The notes beneath the pieces were generated by a model. That model made no database searches and was not told the origin of the DNA. It saw only the letters and a program-made list of their open reading frames with translations. Made by a program: the position numbers and the translations under genes. 64,000 bases of DNA from Anthoceros angustus (taxonomy: Eukaryota > Plantae > Anthocerotophyta), in assembly GCA_010909165.1 (NCBI GenBank), contig MU008162.1:310001-374000 (forward strand), in the 5' to 3' direction. Of the stretch, positions 12,904-24,587 are shown piece after piece. The first letter of the stretch is position 1. The number at the start of each line of letters is the position of its first letter.

Positions 12904-14302
12904 ATGGCCAGTTACCGCACCCGGCTCATGTGGCGCACTGTTTTGCTCTCGATCCTACTGCAACACATCTTCACAGGCTCTCATGGTGATCAATCTGCAA
13001 GCTTGCTGCAACTTCTACAATTTAGCGTTAAAATTCCTTTAGAGGTCTCCGTTCCCGATTGCTGAACTGACATCAGATCTGGAGGAAAGTTGGAGATTGG
13101 TGGATGCTGACGAACCCCGTTGCACGCTTCTTTTTGTGTAGCATGCAGAGACCCAAGGCAACTGCAGGAAGCGAACGAGCCGCTCTTCGGCTACGATGAG
13201 AGTGAGCCATCGGGGCCTTCGCACTGGGGGAGCCTGAATTTCCCCAACTGGAAGACGTGCGGGACAGGTAAAGCGCAGTCCCCAATTGCGCTCACCAGTC
13301 ACTGCAACGAGAGGAAGCTTGAGGGGAGTCATGAGCTCGGGCCGTTGGAATTCCAGTACCTCTCTGGGCCCCAGACGGCCACCTTGCTGAGGAACAACCA
13401 CGGATTTGAGGTTGGGAATCAAGGGAACTGCTGGCGCTGTCCGACACTTCTGCATTGAATGCACTCAGAGATGGCTGCCTGGCCCTGCAGGTGGATGTGC
13501 ACCAGGGCTGGGGACGGATCCGAGTGGAGAACGTCTACTACCACTTTTCCAACTTCCACTTCCACTCCCCAAGCGAGCACACAGTCGACAACGTCAGGTG
13601 ATCAAAACGCCGGCCCTGTGCAGACGTTCCAACCAGCAGTTTCGGAAGCAGCAACAGAAAATTTCCGGGTCATTTTGACGCTCTGTTTCATCACCAGGTA
13701 CGATTTGGAGCTGCACATCGTCCACAAGAACAAAGATGCCACCAAGGTGGCAGTCCTGGGCATTCTCTTCAAGGTGGGACGGAAGAGCAGCAACTTCTTC
13801 AACCAGGTGAGTGAGTAAGTGCGTGCTCAAGTTTCTCCACAGTGTGAGACTGAGTTTATAGATCATCCGGAATTTGGAATTGTGGAGTCTGACCACTGAC
13901 TGGCCGTGGGCCCTGTTCTAGCACAGTTTTTTGCACAGCTTCCAGGTGTGGGACGATCCAACAGTAGCAGTACTAGCACTGCCGAGGCGAAGGTGAGCAT
14001 CAAGGGGTTGGACATCGGCAAGAAGTCCAAGTACTGGCGCTACCATGGCTCCCTCACCACCCCACCCTGCTCAGAAGGGGTCACTTGGACTGTCCTGAAG
14101 GAGGTGCACACCATGAGCACAAAACAGATGCAGCAATTCCGGGCGGCGTCCCCGGTATGTACTCTTGGTGGGTCGTGGGTCTTTGGTTTGCTGGTTGGGT
14201 CTTCACCTCATGTCTCGTGATCGCTTTGCGTGATTGCAGACACCGAATTCCAGGCCGCTGCAGAAATTATATGGCCGGCAGGTCACCAGTTACGACCACT
14301 GA
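12904..14302 (+). CDS. Secreted alpha-carbonic anhydrase, copy 2 (6 exons, same intron positions as copy 1)
   Basis: Signal peptide [69 protein letters not shown] and [18 protein letters not shown]. Confidence 0.95.
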
Positions 14303-17057
14303 AATGGGTCATTTCAGTTATCTCGGACCTACGAAGCGGATACGATCTGGTAGCTCGCAGGACGCCACTCGGAGATTCTTCTTTCATTGAATTTTCACTT
14401 TTATGTTGTATTCTGTTCTATTAGTATTGATACAGAAGTGAGATCTGAATTTCATCTCGAGTCCTCTACAACTTTTCACGTGTGAATCGCCCGGACACTT
14501 GCAAAGCGCATTACGGCCAACTTCAACGTCACAAACAAGAGAACGTGTTGTGGCCTTTTCCCTTGCCCATGAAGCTGGCAGATAGGTTACAATGGAGCTC
14601 TCCATCTCGAGATTACATTTTCAGATGTAGGGGCCAGGGCTGCTCTCCTGCATCGAGTGCTGCAGCTCGTCCCGCCGCTGGCCACACCAAAATACCGCCC
14701 ACGTCGTCTCCTGTACACGATCCTGAGACGTGTGTGATCGAGTCTCTTGTTCAGTTGGGCAATAACGGCCCAGGAATTTGCCCAACTGGCCCAACACTGT
14801 AGGGGACAGTTTGGGTGCCACAGGGATGTAAGAAGGTGGCGTAGAAGCTGACACCTGAAGGCTCCTCCCATCTGTCCTAACTCAGCTTCATGTCGACTCC
14901 TGCAAATAATCCGTGGGAGATCAGCCTTCAATAGTCAGCCTCAGGCCCTCCCGTAATGCTGGGCTGCAGAAATAGAGTTTTGTTGTGCCTGAATTCATAT
15001 ATATAATCATCTATTCAATATATATGTAGTAGTCTTAAAATTGATCAATGCACCTTTTATGTCATGCGTGAAGATGAAAAGACCTGCATGTCATAAAAGG
15101 GTCGGAGTAAACGAAAGCCTAAAGTCATGTAATCTTTTCTCTAAGATACAAAGCGTCCACTCACAACAAAAAAGGGTATGGAGTAAACATTATCAACCAT
15201 CATCCATAATAAAAAGGGATGGAGACTTTATAAATTAGTAGAGATGGGAGTTTCATCTACACCAAGACGGGTGGAGAACAACCCACTAGAGGGCCCAGGC
15301 CAAGGGGGACTACCCCGCTCGATTGTCTACGCATGATGTCATAGATAAAAAAGACTTATTTACCACTAAAGTTGTCCAACAAGTACTACCAGCTATTATC
15401 GTTGTCTTGATTATCACTTATCAGTTATAAAGCAAAGGATATGCTGTAATAAAAGGTAATGACCGAGAAAAGGATAATGCCCTACTTTATGTCTAGGAGA
15501 ATGACATACGCCTTGGTTTGGAAAAATCAGGGCATATATTTCCCTCGCCTTTAATTTGATCCCTTGGAACATAAGTCATTGGGCAACATGCTATGGATGA
15601 TGCAAATCTCAGTGTTGGTTATTTTAAAATGGGTTTAGCATAAGCATTCATGCCTAACTTGTAACTGCATTAAACTTACATACATATAGGTTAGTAGTAT
15701 AGTAAATGAGCCCGAATTAGTTCAATATAAAAAATAATAAATTAGAATATAAAACCATCACAATAAGTTCCCTATATTTGTTACTTTTTGTAGCACAAAA
15801 GAAAGAGAAAGCCAGCACATAAAAAAGTGCTTGTGTTCATTTGTGCCACTATTATAAACTTTAACATGCTATCAAAGCTCATAATATACCATAGTTATAA
15901 CTGCTTAATATAAGCAAGCATAAAATATGGCATAGAGATTCAAGGATCTTATTAATTTTGTTCTAACATGTAGGTCAAACTATAGATACATAAGTAATAT
16001 CTCTTGCTGTCAAGTGTGGATTCGGAAAGAGATTGAACTAGTGTCTAAATTTGTCAAAAGAGAACCTCAAGCTCAGGCTCTCATAGTTTTCAATCCCTAT
16101 AGACAAGATGAGATTGAAAATCACATAAGAAAGAGAAAATAATATTGGAAAAAATTAGGTGGATAATCTTTTTAGTTAATATATTTATTATTAAGTACCA
16201 TAGAGGCCATTAAAGTTAGGCTCTAACTAATTAGTATTTTTAAATTCCAAAAATATAAAAATTACCACCATCTTGTGCCGAAATGCCAAAATATTCCAAT
16301 TGCAAAGGTCGGACCAACAAGCAAAGCCCCGGCGCGCAAGGTGATGTGCGATTGTTGAGCAAATTGCATAATGCGGTATGCGGGCATGGGTTGTCGCAAA
16401 AAACGGGCATCTATTACCCGCATTCCTCACCTCGACTGTCTTGCTTTCCGACCTTGAACTCGAATGCTTTCTCCAAAGTGACTGCTGCGAGGATGATGAA
16501 ACAATGTACACTATCTACCTATACAGTAAACATGTATCCATATTTAGATATTATCTACCCATTTATTTAAGCCAAAATTGAATAACCCTTCAAATGAATA
16601 GCCGAACTACTCCTTGGAAAAAAATTAAAGGGTTTGGCACCAATATGCCAAACGGCGGTGGCCTCTATGGGTAGAGCCTCAAATTGAGTCGTTCTTGAAT
16701 AAAAAACCGTCTTTTTTGCCTGATATCTAGACTAGAAACTTTGTAAAAAATCACAGCCACTCCATCGCCTTCAACTGTATCTTGAAAGCTTTGTACATCT
16801 CAAACAAGGGAGGATAACATCAATGAATGGATGAAAGAGTGTTGAACAATTCACAGAGAATCATCATTGAAGCATCAAAGAAACGAAAAGAAAACCCTCA
16901 AACAAGAGAGAGGTGGGACTCGTTGAGACGTGAAACACGTCACAAAAGTGGAATCACAAGACAAGATCAAGCACCAGCGTGCCCCAGCTTTGGAGAGAAA
17001 TCCATATATTAAAAAATTTCTTTGTAATTTTAATCATACAAGTCACCCATGTCTAAA

Positions 17058-17724
17058 TTAGGGTTCTGTTGGTGCGAGTAGGCTACTTGTGTTCTTTTGC
17101 TCCTTCACCGCTGAAGATGAGATGAGTGCATCTAACGTGGCTAGTATTGTCTCAGCATATTTGGTTGACTGTGCAGGCACTATACATCGATGTGACGGCC
17201 AATACTTTATCGCTGGTGTCAAAGTGATGTGCTTCATCTTTCTTCGTTTCGCATGATGCAGCACGGACATGTCATCAAGGTCGTGGAGCCAAAACTCAGC
17301 GCGCTTCCTTTTCAAACTCTTATCAAATACTATCCTTCTGAACGGCGTTTTTTCAAATACTATCTTGTTTGAACAGGCGAGGTCGCGGTGTTGGGATATG
17401 ATCCCAAATAGGACGCTTGCGTTTCAGACATATCTGTAGGAAATCATATATAAAACATCATTATAAATGTTTTGTATTTAAAGTAAATTGATTAATATAC
17501 TTATGTTTAGTGAGAACTCCATGAAAGAAAATCTAAAGCAAGAAAAGAATTTTTACCAGAGGAGTATGTAGCAAATTGAGAGGCGTGAACACCCTGTATC
17601 TTGCAACCTGCCTATGCGTTGGCTTGCTGCCAGGAGGTTTTTTCACACCATCTTGATCGCAAAGGTCACGCGTACCACTAACCAGACGGCGAAAGAATTG
17701 CGATATGCCAGACAAAAAGCCCAT
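17058..17724 (-). pseudogene. Orphan two-exon basic protein, copy 1 (exons 17724-17557, 17433-17058; one frameshift in exon 2)
   Basis: Homologous to 62308-62922 (GFL..I..FF, KRKR..WDH.P, FWLH, KRRKMKH, VP.QST..A..IL.TL.AL.S) with the same phase-0 GTAAAAAT..AG intron. Exon 2 is 376 nt (3n+1). Confidence 0.6.
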
Positions 17725-18109
17725 GTTGAACCGTCCACTAACTTTTGTGAATACCACAATGATAAATAATACGTAATTGACCTACTCTCCTCGACCGCAA
17801 TCACTCCTAATCAAATCAAGGAGTCCGGTTCTTGATGATCTATGTCTTAGACATATCTCTCACACTTATATGCCTAAACCTTGGATAACTTACATATATA
17901 GACTATTATATAGCCTGTTCGAGAAAATGGATGATTCGAGGGCCAAGGACAAATGGATACTAGGTCAAGCGAGCAGATAAATAGATAAATCACAACACCA
18001 AAGCCCAAGGGCCAAAGACAGGTGGCTACTGGGTAAAGTGAGCAGATCAATACACGGTCACAAGTTATAATACCCGCCCGAGGAAGGCTAATATTTGATC
18101 ACTTGATTT

Positions 18110-18662
18110 CAACAACACATAACGGTCCAAAGGTCATGGACCATGGTCCTGTTCAGCGCCGTGACACATGCCGATGATGCATAGAGGCAGAGCGGTTTCC
18201 AGATGATGTTCTTTCTCTTAGCGCACAGGGCTGTGTCTAATCCTTCTCCCTCCCGCCACACGGGGCTGTGGCTGCTGTTTCCAGGAGGCAAAAGGGGCCA
18301 GGGATATGGCAAGACAGCACCAAGAAGGCAAGAGTGCTATTTCTGCCTGTGGATCCCTAGTCATCTAACATTGATCCGCAAAGCATCGCCTCGAGCGCAG
18401 GTGCATCACCTGGTCCAGTATATGCATACACTTATGCTCTTCGGATTTTACTTCCTTCTAGTGTTTAAAGGAGCCGCGAGTATGTTTGTTTGTACTTTGC
18501 AATCATTCTATGTCACCACATCCTTCCTTTTCATGCTCTCCTCTTTCAACAATCTGTAAGTGCACATGGCTGCCCATCTATAAGGCAGCAAAGCTTGCAT
18601 AGGCCTTTAGAAGGCACGCAAAAGTAGCATGGCCCTCTTGCTCCATTGGTCCATACAAACCA
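18110..18662 (-). pseudogene. 3' part of a degenerate PLS-class PPR gene interrupted by Copia A
   Basis: Continues the PPR motif across the insertion (GLYGPMEQEGHATFACLLKA..GSHVHLQIVER..DVVT). The left boundary is approximate. Confidence 0.6.
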
Positions 18663-18681
18663 TAAGGAGGCTCTGATACCA

Positions 18682-18853
18682 TAAGGAGGTTGAGCGGAGC
18701 GAGAGCGTAGAGAAACTCTAGTAGTTAAAATTACAATAATGAGCATAACAAAATTGTTTAAATATTATGTACGTGTCTATTCACTAAGACAACCCTAATC
18801 CATATAACACAAAGATTATTAACTGTGCGTTAGGTTTAACTCCTGCGCTAACA
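18682..18853 (-). repeat. 3' LTR of Copia A
   Basis: Direct repeat of 40462-40633, adjacent to PPT. Confidence 0.95.
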
Positions 18854-19016
18854 CCCCCTCTTAAACTAACCACGGTTAAGCAAAACACGAAACCACAGCG
18901 AAGGACTTCTCACGAGAACCGGTACTGGGCGTCACGAGGAGTCCTCGCTGAACGTAACCCGGTGGTTGGGCTGGCGATCCAGCTTTTGATCTGCAATCAA
19001 GGCTGCGACTTTAAGG

Positions 19017-19356
19017 ATGGAGCTCCATCTGGCTGTGCTCACCGCCAAATCTCAACTCGCGCTCTTCATCCTCACGCGTCTGTGGATTCTGTGGATTCAC
19101 AACTCGATTCAGTTGCCCAAAAGCGTCCGGGAGGATATGGCGGGCGGGAGTGGAGAGCCGCTCTTGCAGCCAACACACACGCATTGGTGGATACCACGTG
19201 GAGCTGAATATTTCACTTGTGTGGGGCAAGATGGCAGAAGAAGAGGTCGCTGTTAACCTACCCACACCTGCTAAAGACAAGGAGGGCAAGCAGAGCCTGG
19301 TGGAGCAACTAGAGGGTGTAGCGAAGATGCTCAGCAGGCTGAGGGATGAGGAGTAG
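19017..19356 (+). CDS. Antisense accessory ORF of Copia A (frameshifted)
   Basis: C-terminal WG..AVNLPTPAKDKEGKQSLVEQLEGVAKMLSRL aligns with the antisense ORF of element B. The start position is uncertain. Confidence 0.5.
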
Positions 19357-21273
19357 GGTTGCCCAGGGCACAGGCAGCCAGGTGATTAGGTAGGTCGTGG
19401 ACGCTTCATCCACCTGCTCCTGTTCCATCTGCTGTGAGTGAGGGTTCATGGCGACTGATACTGCCGTTCCTTGTGCAGGCTCAACCATCTGGCTGCCGGG
19501 GAGTGGCAAGTTTAATGAATCAGGAAGCAAAAGGCTTCCACCCCCCCTTCAACACCTCCAGATAAGAAGCATCACCAAATAGGCGTAATAATCCCATGAT
19601 CCCATGCCTTCCATATGATAGTAGTGCTTGTACTTAGGCAATCCTTTCGTAAGGATGTCGTATGTTCTCATCTGCATGTAATCCAATTTAAGGATACCTC
19701 TGAACCACATCCGTATGTAATGATGTTGCACTTCAATGTGCTTCGTTCGAGCATGGAATTTCGAGCTTTCAACTAACTCAAGGCTGCGGTGTTGTCGCAG
19801 AGCACAAGGGTTGGTTTCTCCTAGGGCCCCAAGTCCTTGAGAAAGCTGCGTTCCCATTCACCTCTTTGCTTGATTAAAGACTTGTACTCGGCTTGAAGAA
19901 CTCGAGAAGACGCTTTTGCGGCTCCATGTATCTTGAACCTAGCAAATAACAATACGTGGATAGGCTCTGCGTGAATCGAATCCACGCCCATCGGCATCGG
20001 TGAAACCCCTCAAGATAAGTTGTTTTGTCCTGTGCTCTTGTACATAAGTCCATACTTGTGAGTACCTTTGAGATAACGAAATATTCTCTTGACTACGGTA
20101 CCCTAAGCGGATTTTCTAAGAATCGCAAACTGCTTTCTAACATAATATGTCGAAGGCCCGTTCGAACGAAAATTAGGGACCCCATAGCATGCACATGGTA
20201 TGTCCTGCATGTCCAATTTCTCCTTGTGATGGGCACTGCACTTGGTCGATTTTGTACCAAGATAAGGAGTGGTGGCCCGGCCTCGCCAAGGTTGAATCGT
20301 TTGAGTATTTCATTTATGTACTTATACTGGTGGATAAAGAGTAACCCTTCTTCCCTTACACGAAGCAGTTGTATTCCAAGACAGAAGTTAAGCTCCCCTA
20401 TGTCTTTCATGTCGAATCTGCTGCTGAGTTTGTCCTTCACACTTGCTAACAGCTTTTGATCGTTTGTAGCAAATATGACGTCATCCACATAAAGAGCCAG
20501 GATGACGATCGAAACTCCTTGTGTGAGCTTGTACACGTTGCTGTCAGCTGTATTTTGGATGAAATCGATGCTGATCAGGTACACGTGCATTGTAAAGTAC
20601 CAGACACGCCCGCTTTGTTTCAAACCGTATATGCACTTCAGAAGCTTTAAAACTTTGTTCGGGTGCCGCTTGTCTTCGTAGGCTTCAGGCTGCAACATAT
20701 CTGACTCTTCTTCAAGGGCACCATATAAGAAAGCTGCAAACATCCATTTCTTTGTAAGTCCAGATCAAATTCGGCAGCATATGCAAGAAGGATTCTTATG
20801 GACTGCGTGCGAACGACGGGAGAGAAAGTCTCTTGGTAGTCGAGACCTTCAACTTGGGTAAACCCACGAGCCACTAACAAAAATAAGGAATGCTGAAGGT
20901 ATGTCAAGGCAGCTTGACATTGCGTACACAAGAGCCAGAAACCTTAAGAGCAACAATCAAAAATGTATTGTGTGTATTGAGAAGTAACAACGAGTCATTT
21001 ATATAGGCTAAACCTAATACGTCTAGGTTAACATTAATATACCTAACGTATATTTTTCATACTCCCACATAACCTAGGCAGTATTTGTGAACAGGATAAC
21101 ATATATCTCGTGAAAACGGAACGGGAAAACTCAAACGACGGGTTCTTCAACTCGCAGAGTCTGAGAATCAGTGAACAAAGGGCGGCGACAGCACCAGCAC
21201 TACGTCCCAGCTACTTACAGTCATCGCGCTCGTGATAGCTGTGTTCTGCATCATCATTCAGTGGCAAGAGTCG

Positions 21274-21675
21274 ATGGCGACGAGGAGCGGGGCAAGGTAC
21301 CAGCCTGTGGAGGGCGATGAGCCAAACGCCAGAGAAGGAGGCAGGAGGAAGAAGCCTGCGACCAAAGGCGAGGCGCAAGCCCATGGAGTGGAAACCTTTC
21401 AACCTGCAACACTATGTGAGGAGTTGTGGCTGGGAAGTGGAGGTCGCGGCGAGTGTTGCGTGAGGAAGACCCTGGAGAGCAGCAAGCACACCTTGCATGC
21501 TGTGAAGGAAGAGGTGATAGACCTAGGGGACGTGCCTGCAGTGGACCCCCTCAAAGGCATGAGGGTGCGCTGGGGTGAAGCAATCAACACTCCGCTGCCA
21601 GCGGAAGATGGAGAAGAAAAGAAGGTCCCTGCAGAAGTCATGAAACTCTCGAAGGAGATGTACAGGCTTTTATAG
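21274..21675 (+). CDS. Antisense accessory ORF of Copia B (133 aa, MATRSGARY...)
   Basis: Open ATG-to-stop frame between RNase H and the 3' LTR. The C-terminus is homologous to the antisense ORF of A. Confidence 0.6.
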   Translation: MATRSGARYQPVEGDEPNAREGGRRKKPATKGEAQAHGVETFQPATLCEELWLGSGGRGECCVRKTLESSKHTLHAVKEEVIDLGDVPAVDPLKGMRVRWGEAINTPLPAEDGEEKKVPAEVMKLSKEMYRLL

Positions 21676-21925
21676 AAAAACAAAGGGAAAAGGACGCAAG
21701 ACTAGGTAACGACTGATGGCTTCATCCATGCTCCTTCTCCTATGTGCATGAAGGTGCGGACTGACCAAGAAATTGCGCTTATATGTGCCACAGGACACAA
21801 TTAGCTGTAGGAAATGTAGGAAGGGATGCCAGCTCAGGCTGCAATCTGTAAACCTAAGTTACAAGGAGGTTTTTGAGATTAAAGGACACAGGTCCTCACC
21901 CCTCCCACACACTTCAGGTCAGTTG

Positions 21926-23123
21926 TTACTTACCAAGTAGGTGACTGAAATCTTTGAGCCCTAAGGATTCCATATGTAATCTGTGCTTCAGCTTGGGCAG
22001 TGCCTTAGTCAAGATATCAGCTGTGTTTTCAGCAGTAGGGACATATGTCACCTTGATAACTCCTCTTGCAACAGTATCTCTGATATAGTGGTGCTTGATC
22101 TCAAAATGTTTTGTCCTTGCATGAAAACGTGGATTGGCGACCAAGGCAATTGCTGAGCTATTATCACAATGAAGGACAGTGGGTTCCAGCTGCTCAACGT
22201 GAAGATCCTTCAGATAAGCACGCTCCCACTCAGCCTCCTTTGCAGAATCCGTTAATGAAATGTATTTTGCTTCAGTTGAAGATAACGCAATGGATTGTTG
22301 CTTCTTGCAGGACCAATTCACAGGCACAAGCTAAAAGGAAGCAATATGTGGAAAGGCTCTTCCTTGAATCTGAGTCTGAAGCCCAGTCAGCGTCAGTGTA
22401 TGCAGAAAGTTTGAGGCTTGAGGGTGATCCAGCTTGGTAGAAGAGCCCAGTTGTCATAGTGCCCTTAAGATAGCGATATATCCGCTTCACGCTGCCCAAT
22501 GAACACGTCCAGGTTTCTCCATGAATTGAGACACAGCACTAACTGCATATGAGATGTCTGGTCTGGTCCAATTGGAGATAAAAATTAGGCAGCCTACTGC
22601 ATGCCTGTAAGGTACTTTCTCCATATCAGCAATCTCTTCAGCAGATGTGGCACATTGGTCCGCAGTTAACTTGACTCCCACAGAGCCTGGAGTTGATACT
22701 GGACGGGCTTGATCAAGTTGAAACCTCTTCAGAATCTCAGTTAGGTATTTCTTTTGATGAATAACAATCAGACCTGCTTCTCTGCGACGTAGAACCTGAA
22801 CACCTAGGCAGAATTTCAACTCTCCCACATCCTTCATCTCAAATTCTGTACTAAGAAGGGTTTTAACAGTAGCTAGAATGGATGTGTCTGTGCAGGCAAA
22901 GATGCAGTCATCTACGTAAATGGCTAGGATGCAAAACGCTGAACCATCTACAAGATAATACACTGAGGAGTCTGCAGCACTCTGAACAAAGCCTAGCTTT
23001 TTAAGATGAGTATCCAACCTTTCGTTCCAAAGCATGGCACTTTGCTTTAAGCCATACAAGGCCCTTAAAAGCTTGAGTACCTTTCGTGGCCATTGCTTGT
23101 TGACATAACCTTGGGGTTGTTCC
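21926..23123 (-). CDS. Copia B pol 3' part (RT + RNase H, frameshifted)
   Basis: ALYGLKQS, LAIYVDD, TRPDISYAV, YTDADWA, SSTEAKY, CDNSSAI and FHARTKHFEIKHHYIR. Confidence 0.9.
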
Positions 23124-23722
23124 TGATGAGAATCAATAGCTCTTAGATAGAAGAGAAACAATGGAATGAATTGATTAATGAGTAAAGTACAAGCCTTTAA
23201 ATAGGCTGGGTGGTAGGGTGGTTACAACAATATGTTGTTGTAACCATAAGGTTGCAACCATAAGTTGTTGCAACTATAAGTTGTTGTAACAACTAACAAC
23301 TAACTACCTAAAGCCCTAGCTCTAAATTAATGTTTAAGTAATGAGGCCCTAATGAATAGTGCCCTAAGCTAGACCTATTTCATCACTCCCACTCACTATG
23401 AATGTAGGGGTGAATTCTAGCTTCAAAATGAGGTCTAAATCGTAGATAGACTCCCACTTAATAAAAAGTTATAAGCCTAAAAGTCCATAAATAAGCCAAA
23501 ATTGAGCCTAATATGAGCCATTAAAAGATAAATAAGCCAAAATAAAGCCTAAAATAGGAAAATAAAGCCTAAAATAGGAAAACCTATAAAGGCTATAAGG
23601 TATAAGCCCATGGCTTATCCTAATCAAACCGCCGGCCACCGATTGGTGGTTAGGGGCATACGGGCCGCCGCCGGCCGCCTACAAGCGGCCGGGGAGCCAC
23701 CAGCCGCACAGGTGGCGCTCAT

Positions 23723-23779
23723 CGCGCCGCGCGCGCCGCGCGCCGCGCGCCGCGCGCCGCGCGCCGCGCGCCGCGCGCC
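23723..23779. repeat. (GCGCGCC)n heptamer microsatellite in a CpG-rich island inside Copia C
   Basis: About 7 perfect units read directly from the sequence. Confidence 0.9.
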
Positions 23780-23969
23780 ACGCTGGTGGAGCCCGCCCCG
23801 CACTGGTGCGCCGCTGGCCGGGCCGCTCCGGCCGGGCCGCTACGCACTGTGCATGGGCGCCTGCACTCGTGCGGTGAGGTGATCTTGCTGAGCTCACAGG
23901 TGGCGCTGCTGATAAATGTGTCTCGTGTTGTTGCAGTTATTGTATTAATTTGCGCAAAATTGGAGTGGA

Positions 23970-24587
23970 ATGCGCGATATTGGTGAGTCCATTTTGCTTT
24001 TAATGTTTTTATATCCATTTGCATTGTCATCCCATTTTCCATTTTCATGCATTTCCATGTCTCATGCTTGTGAATAATACATGCTAATGTGGTGGCAGTC
24101 CTCGTGTGGAGGAAGGCGCCCCCCCATGCTCCAAAGGACGAGGCCATAAAGAAAATGAAGAGAGCAAACCGAGTAGCAAGAAGGAGAAGAAAACTTGCCG
24201 CACGTGGAGAAAAGGAGAGATTGAGCCGGGAAGCCGCCCGGGGGCGCATCTTGTGGTATAGAGAGGCACTTGCACGGGGTGAAGAGATCCCGATGTCGGG
24301 CCCCGGCCGTAATATAGGAAATGATATGGAAGATCCTAATTTCTCTTGTGAATTCCTGCAAGCATGTGCCGAGGTGGCTAAAACATGTGGAGAAAAGGCC
24401 GATGGAGAAGAGGACGTCTTGGTGGTACAAGCACTCCGGAAAACCGATGTTGTCATCAAAGAAGTCGAGGGGCTGGTAAGCCAATAAAAATGCAAAATAA
24501 ATTGCAATAAATAATTTGATTGCATAAAAATACTAATGATTGTTGATGTAGATAATCCAACTACCGAGGGCCTGGAGTATATCCTGA
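23970..24587 (+). CDS. Spliced antisense gene within Copia C (exons 23970-23982, 24099-24475, 24552-24587)
   Basis: Donors GTGAGT (23983) and GTAAGC (24476), branch-like CTAAT in both introns, AG acceptors at 24097-24098 and 24550-24551. The introns are AT-rich and flank a purine-rich open exon; splicing gives MRDIVLVWRKAPPH... Confidence 0.55.

Noticed and set aside
14587-14931. Minus-strand ORFs downstream of CA2 as an ORC3 pseudogene
   Set aside because: Translations do not resemble ORC3. Only the non-coding flanks are shared.
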